From: a virus
Lineage: Duplodnaviria; Caudoviricetes
DNA length: 31,187 nucleotides
Direction: 5' to 3' (one strand)
Virus record (IMG/VR): IMGVR_UViG_3300025848_000131
Location: 1-31,187 of that record
Below, piece after piece: positions 1-8,141 of this stretch (positions within the stretch are counted from its first letter, which is position 1; each line of letters opens with the position of its first letter). Made by a program: the position numbers and the translations under genes. Below the pieces are notes generated by a model. The model was not told the origin of the DNA, did no database searches, and saw nothing but the letters and a program-made list of their open reading frames with translations.

Positions 1-106
1 GTTGGCGGCGGAGTCGGCGGCGTGGTCGGCGGCGGAGTCGGCGGCGGAGTCGGCGTCGGCGTTGGCGGCGGAGTCGGCGGCGGAGGCGGCGAGGTTGGCG
101 GCGAGG
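1..106 (+). repeat. Degenerate 12-bp tandem repeat (TCGGCGGCGGAG) encoding SAAE/SAAW units
   Basis: Directly visible in the sequence. Confidence 0.9.
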
Positions 107-166
107 TCCGAACGTATGGGCGAATTCGCTGATAAACTTTTGGGTTTGCTTAGGGAGTGTAAATAA
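2..166 (+). CDS. 3' end of an Ala-rich repeat protein (partial): ...LAAESAAWSAAESAAESASALAAESAAEAARLAARSERMGEFADKLLGLLRECK
   Basis: Open frame from base 2 to TAA 164-166, overlapping the next ATG (TAATG); SAA(E/W/R) repeats with a KLLxLL end, a pattern I recognise from phage hypothetical proteins. Confidence 0.8.
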   Translation: MAAESAAWSAAESAAESASALAAESAAEAARLAARSERMGEFADKLLGLLRECK

Positions 167-495
167 TGGACTACATCACTCTCAACATCGATCAAATGGA
201 CGTGAAGGCCGGAAGTCCTACCGGAAAAATCCAGGTGGACCTTTGGGGCGTGGACCACTCCGAAATCCTCACCGAGGTGCCCGACGAGATGGTTCTGGAA
301 GAGGCCCGCCAACTGCACTCCTGGACTGAGTACTTGGCCGGGATCGACCTGGACGACATTCTCGGGGCCCTGGATAAGCACGAAATCCTGACTTGGGTGG
401 CGGAGAACTGCTCCCAAGAGGATATTAAGGATTTGGTGGTGGAAGAGGATGAGGATGAGGATGAGGAAGAGAAGCCTCAGGGCCCGGTGCACTGA
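166..495 (+). CDS. Small, very acidic hypothetical protein (109 aa)
   Basis: AGGGAG RBS, coupled to upstream stop; about 31 D/E versus 6 K/R by manual count. Confidence 0.85.
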   Translation: MDYITLNIDQMDVKAGSPTGKIQVDLWGVDHSEILTEVPDEMVLEEARQLHSWTEYLAGIDLDDILGALDKHEILTWVAENCSQEDIKDLVVEEDEDEDEEEKPQGPVH

Positions 496-572
496 TGCGC
501 AACATGGTTTTGGTGTTGATGGTCATTTGGGTGGCCGTCGTTCTGTACGTTGTCCATGGAGGTTCTCAGTGA
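495..572 (+). CDS. 25-aa single-TM peptide MRNMVLVLMVIWVAVVLYVVHGGSQ (absent from ORF track)
   Basis: Starts in a TGATG overlap, ends in a GTGA overlap with the next gene, fills the gap exactly; uninterrupted hydrophobic core. Confidence 0.65.
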   Translation: MRNMVLVLMVIWVAVVLYVVHGGSQ

Positions 573-1441
573 AGAAGTTTTGGAAGAAACTGACCAAGAC
601 CGGAAAGGTGGTGGTCGGGGCGGTGACCTTGGCCTTGGGTCTGGGTGGTACTTATTGGGCCTATGAACGGGTGGGCATGGAGGTGAACATCGATCGCACC
701 TACGCCAACCAGAAATTCGAGGACGCCATCTTCATCGGGGACACGGGTGAGAACTCTGCGGTGCGGAAGGTGGTGGTCCAGCACATCAAGGAGCGCAAAC
801 CGAAGTTCATCTTCCTCCTTGGGGACCTGGGATACCCCTGGGGGATTACAGGGCCTAAGGAATTTGAGGCCAATGTGCGCCCCTTCCTGATCCCCGGGGC
901 GGAAACCCACTGCATTCTCGGAAACCATGACTCCATGGCAATAGCGCAAAAGGAGCGGGATTGGCTGGCCACCAACGCCGACAAGCTCGGTTGCAAGTTC
1001 GGGAACTCCTACAAGATGTTAGTGTTTGCGGACGCCTGCGTGCTCACCATGGACAGCACCGTGTACTACGTGGGCAAGGAATACGACATTCTGGGCCGCC
1101 AGGAAGAGTTCCTGGACAAGGCCCTAGGCCTCTCCGAGTGTACTGGCAAGCATCAGTTCCTGCTGGCCCACCACAACATCGTGGGGTTCGGCGGGCACAA
1201 GAACGACGTGGACGGGCAGCACAAGGAGTTCATCCTGGGGTTGAAGAGGAAGTATCCGAAGCTGAAGTACGTCCACGGGCACGAGCACCTGATCGCCAAC
1301 TATTGGGACGATTTCTGGACATTTGGGTCCGGGTCCAAGGACGACGAGTGCGACTACCGCCCGGAGAAGGGGTTTTGCATGGAGGTTATTGGCTACGGCC
1401 TGTGGGACGGGCGCTTGATGAACGTGGTGAAGGTCCAATAA
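569..1441 (+). CDS. Calcineurin-like metallophosphoesterase, purple-acid-phosphatase-like, with N-terminal membrane anchor or signal
   Basis: Motifs GDTG, GDLGY, GNHD, AHH, GHEH; GGAGG RBS before GTG 569 (preferred over 449); basic N-terminus followed by VVVGAVTLALGLGGTYWAY. Confidence 0.88.
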   Translation: MKKFWKKLTKTGKVVVGAVTLALGLGGTYWAYERVGMEVNIDRTYANQKFEDAIFIGDTGENSAVRKVVVQHIKERKPKFIFLLGDLGYPWGITGPKEFEANVRPFLIPGAETHCILGNHDSMAIAQKERDWLATNADKLGCKFGNSYKMLVFADACVLTMDSTVYYVGKEYDILGRQEEFLDKALGLSECTGKHQFLLAHHNIVGFGGHKNDVDGQHKEFILGLKRKYPKLKYVHGHEHLIANYWDDFWTFGSGSKDDECDYRPEKGFCMEVIGYGLWDGRLMNVVKVQ

Positions 1442-1451
1442 GGAGGTCTAG

Positions 1452-1742
1452 ATGGAGTGCACAGCAAAGCACACGAAGTTCCAGCCCACCGACAAACAGT
1501 GGGAGTGCCCCAAGTGCGGGTCGGACAACAACCACTTCACTATCAACAATTCGGTGGAGGGGTCTGACGACAACTGTCCTCTCCTGCACTCTGACGATGA
1601 GGTGGAGTGCAGCAAGTGCGAGACCGGGTGGAGCGGGGACCAAGTCTCCAAGCTCATGGCGAAGAAGTTGAACAGGGTGGTGTGCCCCACGTGCAAGGGT
1701 GTTGGGTATGTGGACGGGAAAAAGAAGGGGAAGGTCCAATGA
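1452..1742 (+). CDS. Zinc-ribbon protein
   Basis: Strong TAAGGAGG RBS; three CxxC motifs (CPKC, CSKC, CPTCKGVG). Confidence 0.85.
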   Translation: MECTAKHTKFQPTDKQWECPKCGSDNNHFTINNSVEGSDDNCPLLHSDDEVECSKCETGWSGDQVSKLMAKKLNRVVCPTCKGVGYVDGKKKGKVQ

Positions 1743-2095
1743 GGCGCAAGGGCCATGTGGGCATCCGCTCCCGGGTGAATAAGGACTACCGCTACAACCG
1801 CCCTGAGCTCCTGTCGACCCAGGCAGCGGTTCTGCTGGCCCTGAGGGAGGGCCTCAATCTCAAGCTCACGGCCATGTCCAACGGGGTGGGCATCCAGCGC
1901 ACTCGCCTCCACCGCCTGGAGACCGGGCGGGCGGAAATCACCTACGCCGAGGTGCTGGCCTTCGAGAGATGGCTGGGCAGGGATCTCTTCACGCCCGAAG
2001 AGCGGGTCCGGCATGAAATCGACGCCTCCACGTGGCGGTTCCTAGACAGGCGAAAGTACGGGCAACAAAAACGGAAAGATAGGAGAGCAGCATGA
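1739..2095 (+). CDS. XRE/Cro-family helix-turn-helix protein
   Basis: ATGA-coupled start at 1739; LREGLNLKLTAMSNGVGIQRTRLHRLETGRAEI fits the XRE HTH pattern. Confidence 0.75.
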   Translation: MRRKGHVGIRSRVNKDYRYNRPELLSTQAAVLLALREGLNLKLTAMSNGVGIQRTRLHRLETGRAEITYAEVLAFERWLGRDLFTPEERVRHEIDASTWRFLDRRKYGQQKRKDRRAA

Positions 2096-2406
2096 GACAC
2101 CCGAAATTGAACATCTATAGGTGTGGGAATGGGCACAGCACCGTGACCGTCGATGTGGCCGAAGGGACCACGCCCTTTATGATCGGATGCATGGTACCCG
2201 GGTGCATGGCCGACGCCCAAAGTGGTTTCTACCCCAAGTTCCCGCCTCCGATGGTGGCCCCGGTTCCGACCCATGAGTGGTACGCCCCATCTAAGAAGGA
2301 GACCAAGAGACTTCACCCTGGCGAGAAACAGCATGTGGAGATGGGCGGCCTGCTCCTTCGTCCTCGGACCCAAATGGAACCTATTTATGAAGAACTTGAC
2401 GGTTGA
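2092..2406 (+). CDS. Hypothetical phage protein (104 aa)
   Basis: AGGAGA RBS, ATGA overlap; Cys/His pattern that may bind metal. Confidence 0.8.
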   Translation: MRHPKLNIYRCGNGHSTVTVDVAEGTTPFMIGCMVPGCMADAQSGFYPKFPPPMVAPVPTHEWYAPSKKETKRLHPGEKQHVEMGGLLLRPRTQMEPIYEELDG

Positions 2407-2881
2407 ACAAATCCGCGAGGCGATTCAGGAACACGCGCCCACCATGGCGCCCAAGCTGGAGGTGTGGCAGCCGGCCTACTTCCATATCCAAATCCGGGGC
2501 GGGGACTTCATCGTCAACTATTACCCCTCTAAGGGCACGGTGTACGTGAACGGGGCCCAGCACGGGTTCAAGGCCAAGTCCCCTCGCCACCTCGTCCTTC
2601 TGGCCATTGGCGATGGTGGGATGCCCCAGGACATGCACCGGCCCCGCCGCAAGGGCATGAGGTCCTACCGGGAGAGGATGTACTACCCCGGAGTGGTCTG
2701 CTGGCTGTGCCACATCCCCATCGCCACCATCGAGGAGGCCTCGGTGGAGCACAAAGTGCCGGTCTCCAAGGGCGGTTCCAACCGCCGGGACAACCTCGTC
2801 TTGACGCACAAGCACTGTAACAACGCCCGCGGCGGGAAGATGCATCGCCACCCTGGACCCCGGCCTGGGGCCCTCCTATAA
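2387..2881 (+). CDS. HNH endonuclease with additional N-terminal domain
   Basis: CWLC...VEHKVPVSKGGSNRRDNLVLTHKHCNNARG; ATG 2387 preferred because the 2222 start overlaps most of the previous gene. Confidence 0.85.
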   Translation: MKNLTVEQIREAIQEHAPTMAPKLEVWQPAYFHIQIRGGDFIVNYYPSKGTVYVNGAQHGFKAKSPRHLVLLAIGDGGMPQDMHRPRRKGMRSYRERMYYPGVVCWLCHIPIATIEEASVEHKVPVSKGGSNRRDNLVLTHKHCNNARGGKMHRHPGPRPGALL

Positions 2882-2882
2882 T
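2854..2882 (+). promoter_or_regulatory. Putative sigma70 promoter TGGACC-17-TATAAT for the GH114 gene
   Basis: Perfect -10 at 2877-2882, 4/6 -35 at 2854-2859, followed by an AGGAGA RBS. Confidence 0.55.
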
Positions 2883-2913
2883 GGGTCTTCATCCCTAACT
2901 TAGGAGAAATCCC

Positions 2914-3774
2914 ATGAAGCACTTGGTCCTCGCGGCCCTGCTCGCGCTCACCGCCTGCAAGTCCGGCCCCCCTGTTGGCGACCCGCCGGTCGACCCCGGC
3001 CCTCCCGTAGACGTGACCCCCATCTCCAAGCCCCCGGCGGGCGGAGAGCCGGTCTCCTGGTATAGGCCGGCCCCGCGCCTCAAGTTCCAGATCCTGGACG
3101 AGGACGACGGCGACTACGTGGACCAGCTCAAGGCCGGCACGCAGATCGTGAACATCGAGGCGGTGAAGGAGGACTACTCCGAGCTCGCCCAGCAGGTGGC
3201 CGACCTCCACGAACAAGGCGTGCGGGTCATCTGCTACCACTCCCTCTCCTACGAACCCTGGCGTCACGACATCGGCCAGTTCCCCTCCAAGGCGAAGGGC
3301 AAGAAGATGTCCGGCTGGAACGAGTGGTGGGCCGACGTGCGCGTGAGCTCCCCCGCCCACGCCTTCTGGGACAAGCGCTACGACCAGTTCGCTAAGGCGG
3401 GCTGCGACTGCGTGGAAGACGACAACGAGGTGGATCCCGAGGACAACGAGACCGGGTTCCCCCTCACCCGCGCCGAGGCGGGTGCGGCCAACAAGCGCCG
3501 GGCCGACTACGCCCACAAGGTGGGCATGTGCCACATCGCCAAGAACAACCCGACCATTTCCGACCTGAAGGCCCAGCACAGCGACGGGGTGTTCATCGAG
3601 GAGGCGGGGCGCTACAACGAGCGCGAAGACTATCTTCCCTGGAAGGCGGCCGGGAAGTTCGCGGCCATGGTGGAGTACACCTCCAAAGGATGCAAACCCT
3701 ACGCGGGGTTCAAAGTGCAGTACCACTCCAGCGGGGACTACTTCGACGGGGTCAAGTTCAAGGATTGCGACTAG
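2914..3774 (+). CDS. Lipoprotein endo-alpha-1,4-polygalactosaminidase (GH114-like)
   Basis: Lipobox LTAC, Pro-rich tether, then RVICY..SYEPWRHD, GCDCVEDDN, NETGFPLT, AHKVGMCHIAKNN, FIEE matching the GH114 TIM-barrel pattern. Confidence 0.85.
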   Translation: MKHLVLAALLALTACKSGPPVGDPPVDPGPPVDVTPISKPPAGGEPVSWYRPAPRLKFQILDEDDGDYVDQLKAGTQIVNIEAVKEDYSELAQQVADLHEQGVRVICYHSLSYEPWRHDIGQFPSKAKGKKMSGWNEWWADVRVSSPAHAFWDKRYDQFAKAGCDCVEDDNEVDPEDNETGFPLTRAEAGAANKRRADYAHKVGMCHIAKNNPTISDLKAQHSDGVFIEEAGRYNEREDYLPWKAAGKFAAMVEYTSKGCKPYAGFKVQYHSSGDYFDGVKFKDCD

Positions 3775-3809
3775 TTAAAAGGACCCTTTTCTTTTAACTC
3801 GTGTGTGGG

Positions 3810-3850
3810 GGCCCTGAGTGAACCTATTCTGGAACACTCAGGGCCTTTTT
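3810..3850 (+). terminator. Rho-independent terminator after GH114
   Basis: 11-bp stem GGCCCTGAGTG/CACTCAGGGCC followed by TTTTT. Confidence 0.75.
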
Positions 3851-3852
3851 AA

Positions 3853-3880
3853 TTGCCTTTTTTCCGGCATTGCCTATAAT
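3853..3880 (+). promoter_or_regulatory. Putative sigma70 promoter TTGCCT-16-TATAAT
   Basis: Perfect -10 at 3875-3880, then AGGAGA RBS and ATG 3899. Confidence 0.65.
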
Positions 3881-3898
3881 TTGCTCATAGGAGAACCC

Positions 3899-4270
3899 AT
3901 GCGCACTTTTTTGGCACTCGCCCTCGCCTGCCTCTTCCTTGCCTCCCCGGCGCAGGCCCAATCCGACACCGTCATCGAATCCATCTACATGCAGGCCCCC
4001 ACCCGCTTCCAGGTCCTGAGCTCCTCGGCCGACTTGGTGAAGGCGGAGGACTTCCGGCGCTCCTTCGTGGAGCTGGAAAACCGGGGCACCGTGGGCATCC
4101 AGTTCAAGTTCGGGTCCCGCCCGACTTCCGCCACCGACGGGTTCCTCCTGGCCCCGGGCACCCGCTACAACCCCGGTGTCGGGGTGGTCAACGCCATCTA
4201 CGCCCTGGCGGTTTCCGGAACTCAGGACCTTGTGATCCTGACCGGCCGCGGCCCTCGCTCCAAGCGCTAA
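3899..4270 (+). CDS. Small exported beta-rich protein (123 aa)
   Basis: RBS supports ATG 3899 rather than 3818; signal peptide MRTFLALALACLFLASPAQA. Confidence 0.85.
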   Translation: MRTFLALALACLFLASPAQAQSDTVIESIYMQAPTRFQVLSSSADLVKAEDFRRSFVELENRGTVGIQFKFGSRPTSATDGFLLAPGTRYNPGVGVVNAIYALAVSGTQDLVILTGRGPRSKR

Positions 4271-4278
4271 ATTTTTTC

Positions 4279-4307
4279 TTGAAAGTCTGACCAGAACCTG
4301 CTTTTAT
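4279..4307 (+). promoter_or_regulatory. Possible sigma70 promoter of the replication operon (TTGAAA-17-TTTTAT, TG extension)
   Basis: AT-rich intergenic region, 5/6 -35; weak -10. Confidence 0.4.
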
Positions 4308-4345
4308 CTGCGGGCACGATCAAATTTTAATTAGAAGTATCCGCC

Positions 4346-6388
4346 ATGAAGTATAATTATGTGCCCATCGACTTCGAATTCCACTCCTCCGAAGAACCCC
4401 ACCCCACCCTAGTCTGCGCCTCTCTCATCGTCGATGGGCAGGTGGAGTCCTACTGGCTGAACGACGGGGACACCGACCAGGACTGGCACGCCCTCCAAGA
4501 ACGCCTGCACTTCCTGCACACCAAGGGGTGCATCTTCCTGACCTACATGGCGATTGCCGAGGCCCGCTGCCTCATCACCCTGGGCATCGACCCGGTGAAG
4601 TACAAGGTCATCGACCTCTACAACGAGTACCGGCTGCTGGCGAACCACAACCACAAAATCGAGTACGGGCGCCACCTCATTGGGGGCCAGGTGGTCACCA
4701 CCCACGGGCGCGTGTCCTACGACCAGACCAAGAAGGTGAACAACTCCAGGCCCGAGTTCGGCCTGGCCTCCGCCTGCTTCAAGTTCCTGAACGAGAGGAT
4801 CGACGAGGAGCGCAAGGAGGCCATGCGCCAGGTGATCCTCTCCCGGGACCCGAACCTGATCCACGCCAACCGGGAAGAGATTATCCAGTACTGCGAAAGC
4901 GACGTGGAGCACCTCCTTCCCCTCTACAAGGCCATGGCCACCGAGTACATGACGCTCCTGCCCCAGGACCACCATGAGAGGATGCTGGAGTACATGCTCA
5001 CCCGCGGGCGCTACTCCTGCCTCACCGCCCTCATCGAGGCCCGCGGCTACCCCATCAACTACGAGGAGACCCGCGCTTTCTCCGAAAACGTGCCCAACAT
5101 GATGCGGGCCCTCCAGAGGGACATCAACTCCCAGTTCCCGGACATCCGCCCCTTCAAGTTCGTCCCCAAGACCGGGGACTTCACCTGGGACCAGAAGGCC
5201 ACCAGGGAGTGGATCAAGACCCTGCCCATGGCCGTCCAGTCCCGGTGGGAGAAGACCGACACGGGCGCCTACTCCCTCTCCCTGGACGCCTTCCAGGAGC
5301 ATTTCGACTACAAGCACACCTACCCTCGCGGGAACCTGGGCGCCCAGATGGTGCGCTACCTGAAATTCAAACAGTCGCTTAACGGGTTCATGCCCATGAA
5401 GGAGGGCGCCAAGCGCAAGTCCTTCTGGGAATCGGTGGGAACGGATCACCGGGTGCGCCCTTTTCTGGGCATCTACGGGTCCCAGTCGGGCCGCAATCAG
5501 CCGTCGGCCACCGGGTTCATCTTCCTCAAGGCGGCGTGGATGCGGGCCCTGGTGCAGCCCCCCAAGGAGAGGGTCATCATCGGCATCGACTTCTCCTCCC
5601 AGGAGTTCTTGATCGCCGCCCTCCTCTCTGAAGACGAGAACATGCTGAAGGCCTACGAATCAGGGGACGTGTACCTGTACTTCGCCAAGCTGGCCGGGGC
5701 CGTGCCCCCGGAAGGCACCAAGGCGCAGTACAAGGAGCAGCGGGACCTGTTCAAGGCGACCGTGCTGGGAATCCAGTATGGAATGGCGGAGAAAGGTCTG
5801 GCCCTGAAACTCTCCGCCGACATCGGACGTACCGTCACCGAGTCCGAGGCCTTCTCCCTCATCAAGAAATTCGAGCGCTCCTTCCCCCAGTACGTGAGGT
5901 GGAAGGACAAGACCATGCAGTACTACAAGTCCAAGAAGCACCTCATGCTGCCCGACGGCTGGGCCATGTGGGGCGACAACTGGAACCACCGCTCGGTCCT
6001 GAACTTCCCGGTCCAGGGCACTGGCGCCAGCATCCTTCGCCGGGCTGTGGAGCTCTGCCACTACGCCAACATCAACGTGGTGGTCACCCTCCACGACGCC
6101 CTCTACATCGAGAGCAAGGCGCTTTCGGACCACATCGCGAGCGATGCTTCCGACCTGGCAAGGTGTATGCGCCAGGCCTTCAGGGACATGTTCCCCGAGC
6201 ACCTGCGGGCCCGCGCCAACGTCCGCCTGGACGGGAAGATGTGGGGACCCAAGTACGAGGAAGGCGAGTTCACCGTGAGCGGTGTGAAGTTCCACACCTC
6301 CAAGATCCACGTCGATGAGCGGGCCCTGGACGACTACACCCGTTTCAAACCCTATTTTAAAAAGGTGGACACTTCCGTCTACCTGTAA
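4346..6388 (+). CDS. polA: Phage family A DNA polymerase with N-terminal 3'-5' exonuclease
   Basis: ExoI DFEF, ExoIII YCESD, SGRNQ, motif A DFSSQE, motif B RDLFKATVLGIQYG, NFPVQG, motif C LHDA. Confidence 0.95.
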   Translation: MKYNYVPIDFEFHSSEEPHPTLVCASLIVDGQVESYWLNDGDTDQDWHALQERLHFLHTKGCIFLTYMAIAEARCLITLGIDPVKYKVIDLYNEYRLLANHNHKIEYGRHLIGGQVVTTHGRVSYDQTKKVNNSRPEFGLASACFKFLNERIDEERKEAMRQVILSRDPNLIHANREEIIQYCESDVEHLLPLYKAMATEYMTLLPQDHHERMLEYMLTRGRYSCLTALIEARGYPINYEETRAFSENVPNMMRALQRDINSQFPDIRPFKFVPKTGDFTWDQKATREWIKTLPMAVQSRWEKTDTGAYSLSLDAFQEHFDYKHTYPRGNLGAQMVRYLKFKQSLNGFMPMKEGAKRKSFWESVGTDHRVRPFLGIYGSQSGRNQPSATGFIFLKAAWMRALVQPPKERVIIGIDFSSQEFLIAALLSEDENMLKAYESGDVYLYFAKLAGAVPPEGTKAQYKEQRDLFKATVLGIQYGMAEKGLALKLSADIGRTVTESEAFSLIKKFERSFPQYVRWKDKTMQYYKSKKHLMLPDGWAMWGDNWNHRSVLNFPVQGTGASILRRAVELCHYANINVVVTLHDALYIESKALSDHIASDASDLARCMRQAFRDMFPEHLRARANVRLDGKMWGPKYEEGEFTVSGVKFHTSKIHVDERALDDYTRFKPYFKKVDTSVYL

Positions 6389-6399
6389 AAGGAGCATCT

Positions 6400-6621
6400 A
6401 TGGAGCAGAAACCTAGTATTGGTCGGATTGTCCATTATCAGCGTTACGGTAGCCCTGGCGGTGAGCACAAGGCTGAACCCAGTCCTGCGATCATCACCCA
6501 AGTCCTAGAGAATGGGGAGTGTATGCTCTTCGTGATGAACCCCACCGGACTGTACTTTAATAAGACCCCCTATTCCCCGGAACCGAAACCTGGCCATTGG
6601 AATTGGCCTCCGCGGGTATGA
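6400..6621 (+). CDS. Small phage hypothetical protein (PSIGRIVHY...PAIIT...WNWPPRV type)
   Basis: AAGGAG RBS; recognisable pattern of a widespread small phage protein. Confidence 0.85.
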   Translation: MEQKPSIGRIVHYQRYGSPGGEHKAEPSPAIITQVLENGECMLFVMNPTGLYFNKTPYSPEPKPGHWNWPPRV

Positions 6622-6827
6622 AGTGCGATTGGTGGGTGAAAGACCACAGTTCGCGCAGTTATGATCTCCGAGAAGAGATCAAAAACTGGAGAGGCTATTG
6701 GGTTCCGGCGTTCAAGTGCTGGAGGATCGATGGCATTACTCCAGACAGCGATGCCTTCAAAGTATTAACCGCTTCCGGTTTGGCCTTGGAGTGGGTCCAA
6801 GGATCAGAGCGAAAGTACAGTAAGTAG
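6618..6827 (+). CDS. Small hypothetical protein (69 aa), Trp-rich
   Basis: ATGA-coupled start at 6618; SYDLREEIKNWRGYWVPAFKCWRI resembles DUF5710-like domains. Confidence 0.7.
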   Translation: MKCDWWVKDHSSRSYDLREEIKNWRGYWVPAFKCWRIDGITPDSDAFKVLTASGLALEWVQGSERKYSK

Positions 6828-6831
6828 GAGT

Positions 6832-7236
6832 ATGTATATGCCCGAAGTGAAGAGCAAGAAATTCAAGGAAGTCGGCGGCGCCAAGAAGTACCTCCCCTGG
6901 AAAGAGTGGGAAAAGGACGATTTTGTCGAGGGCGAGTTCGTCGGCACCTCCGAGGACAACTACGGCAAGACCAACTACCACATCAAGCTGTCGGACTTCC
7001 AACTGCCCGAGGACAAGGGGTTCGAGGTGGGTGACACCATCGGCCTGAACGCCAACGGGTCCTTGGACTACAAGATGGAATCGGTGAAGACCGGCCAGCA
7101 CGTCCGCATCACCTACGAAGGGAAGATCAAGCTCCCGGCGGACCACAAGTTTGCTGGCAAGGATTCCCACCAGTGCAAGGTGGAGGTGGCGGAAGAGGAC
7201 GGGTCTAAGGCCTCCGATTTGGACCGGGTGCTGTAA
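6832..7236 (+). CDS. Probable OB-fold ssDNA-binding protein
   Basis: AGGAG RBS; beta-rich with acidic tail; lies between polymerase and exonuclease; function inferred. Confidence 0.55.
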   Translation: MYMPEVKSKKFKEVGGAKKYLPWKEWEKDDFVEGEFVGTSEDNYGKTNYHIKLSDFQLPEDKGFEVGDTIGLNANGSLDYKMESVKTGQHVRITYEGKIKLPADHKFAGKDSHQCKVEVAEEDGSKASDLDRVL

Positions 7237-8141
7237 TGGGGAAGGTCGTTTACAACATGTCCGACAAGGAGTACCACTCCCTGTCGGACACCGACCCCCA
7301 CTACTCCTCATCGCAGATCAAGGACGCGCTGGTTGACATCGAATATTTCCACAAGCGGTACATCACCAAGGAAATCGAGAACATCTCCATCCCGGCCTTT
7401 GATATTGGGCATTACTTCCATATGGCCTTGCTGGAACCGCAGCGCCTTGCTGTGGACACTTGCGTATGGATGGGTGACCGTCGATATGGTCGGGAGTGGG
7501 ACAAGTTTAAGTCCGACAACGCGGGGAAGTGTGTCATCACGGCGAAGGAGCTCGAACAAGCGGAGAACCTGATCCGGGCCACCCGCGAGAACCCCGCCAT
7601 CATGGACCTCCTGAACCACGACGAAGGGAAGTCCGAGGTGTCCGTCTTCCAGGAGATTCACGGGGTCCCCTGCAAGGTGCGCTTCGACCGGCTGGTGCTC
7701 ACCGAGGACGGCTACGCCATCGACCTGAAGTCCACTACGGGAAATGCGAAAGACGTGAGGAAGACCCAGGCGAAGATCTCCGAGTACAACTACGACCTCT
7801 CCGCTGCCTTCTACCTGGACGTGCTCAACGCCCACCTGAAGTCCATCGGGTCGAAGCTGGTGATCCGGCACTTCTACTTCGCTTTCGCCTCCAAGGACTT
7901 CATGAACTCGCAGATGTACCTGGCATCCGAGAACATGCTGAAGGTGGGGCGGGCGAAGTATCAAAAGGCGCTTGCCAACATCAAGGAGGCCCAGGCGAGC
8001 AAGTGGTGCTTCGACTATTCCGTAGTCACTCTCGATCCTGCTGAGTGGGAGAAGGCCTGGCTGGATGGCGGGGAAATTAAGACTGGCAAGTATCAACCCT
8101 CGCCTAAGGCGAGGCAAAATAAGGGAGGATCGCTGTTATGA
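7236..8141 (+). CDS. PD-(D/E)XK exonuclease, RecE/ExoVIII C-terminal (DUF3799)-like
   Basis: EYH..SSSQIK, AFDIGHYFHMALLEP, SEVSVF, CKVRFD, IDLKST, YDLSAAFYLD. Confidence 0.9.
   Translation: MGKVVYNMSDKEYHSLSDTDPHYSSSQIKDALVDIEYFHKRYITKEIENISIPAFDIGHYFHMALLEPQRLAVDTCVWMGDRRYGREWDKFKSDNAGKCVITAKELEQAENLIRATRENPAIMDLLNHDEGKSEVSVFQEIHGVPCKVRFDRLVLTEDGYAIDLKSTTGNAKDVRKTQAKISEYNYDLSAAFYLDVLNAHLKSIGSKLVIRHFYFAFASKDFMNSQMYLASENMLKVGRAKYQKALANIKEAQASKWCFDYSVVTLDPAEWEKAWLDGGEIKTGKYQPSPKARQNKGGSLL

Noticed and set aside
1-106. Possible CRISPR array or terminal repeat
   Set aside because: No unique spacers; the repeats are in-frame Ala-rich codons
449-568. N-terminal extensions in the ORF track (449, also 1607, 2222, 3818, 6597, 10755, 15008)
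   Set aside because: They overlap upstream genes or terminators; downstream starts have better RBS or stop-start coupling
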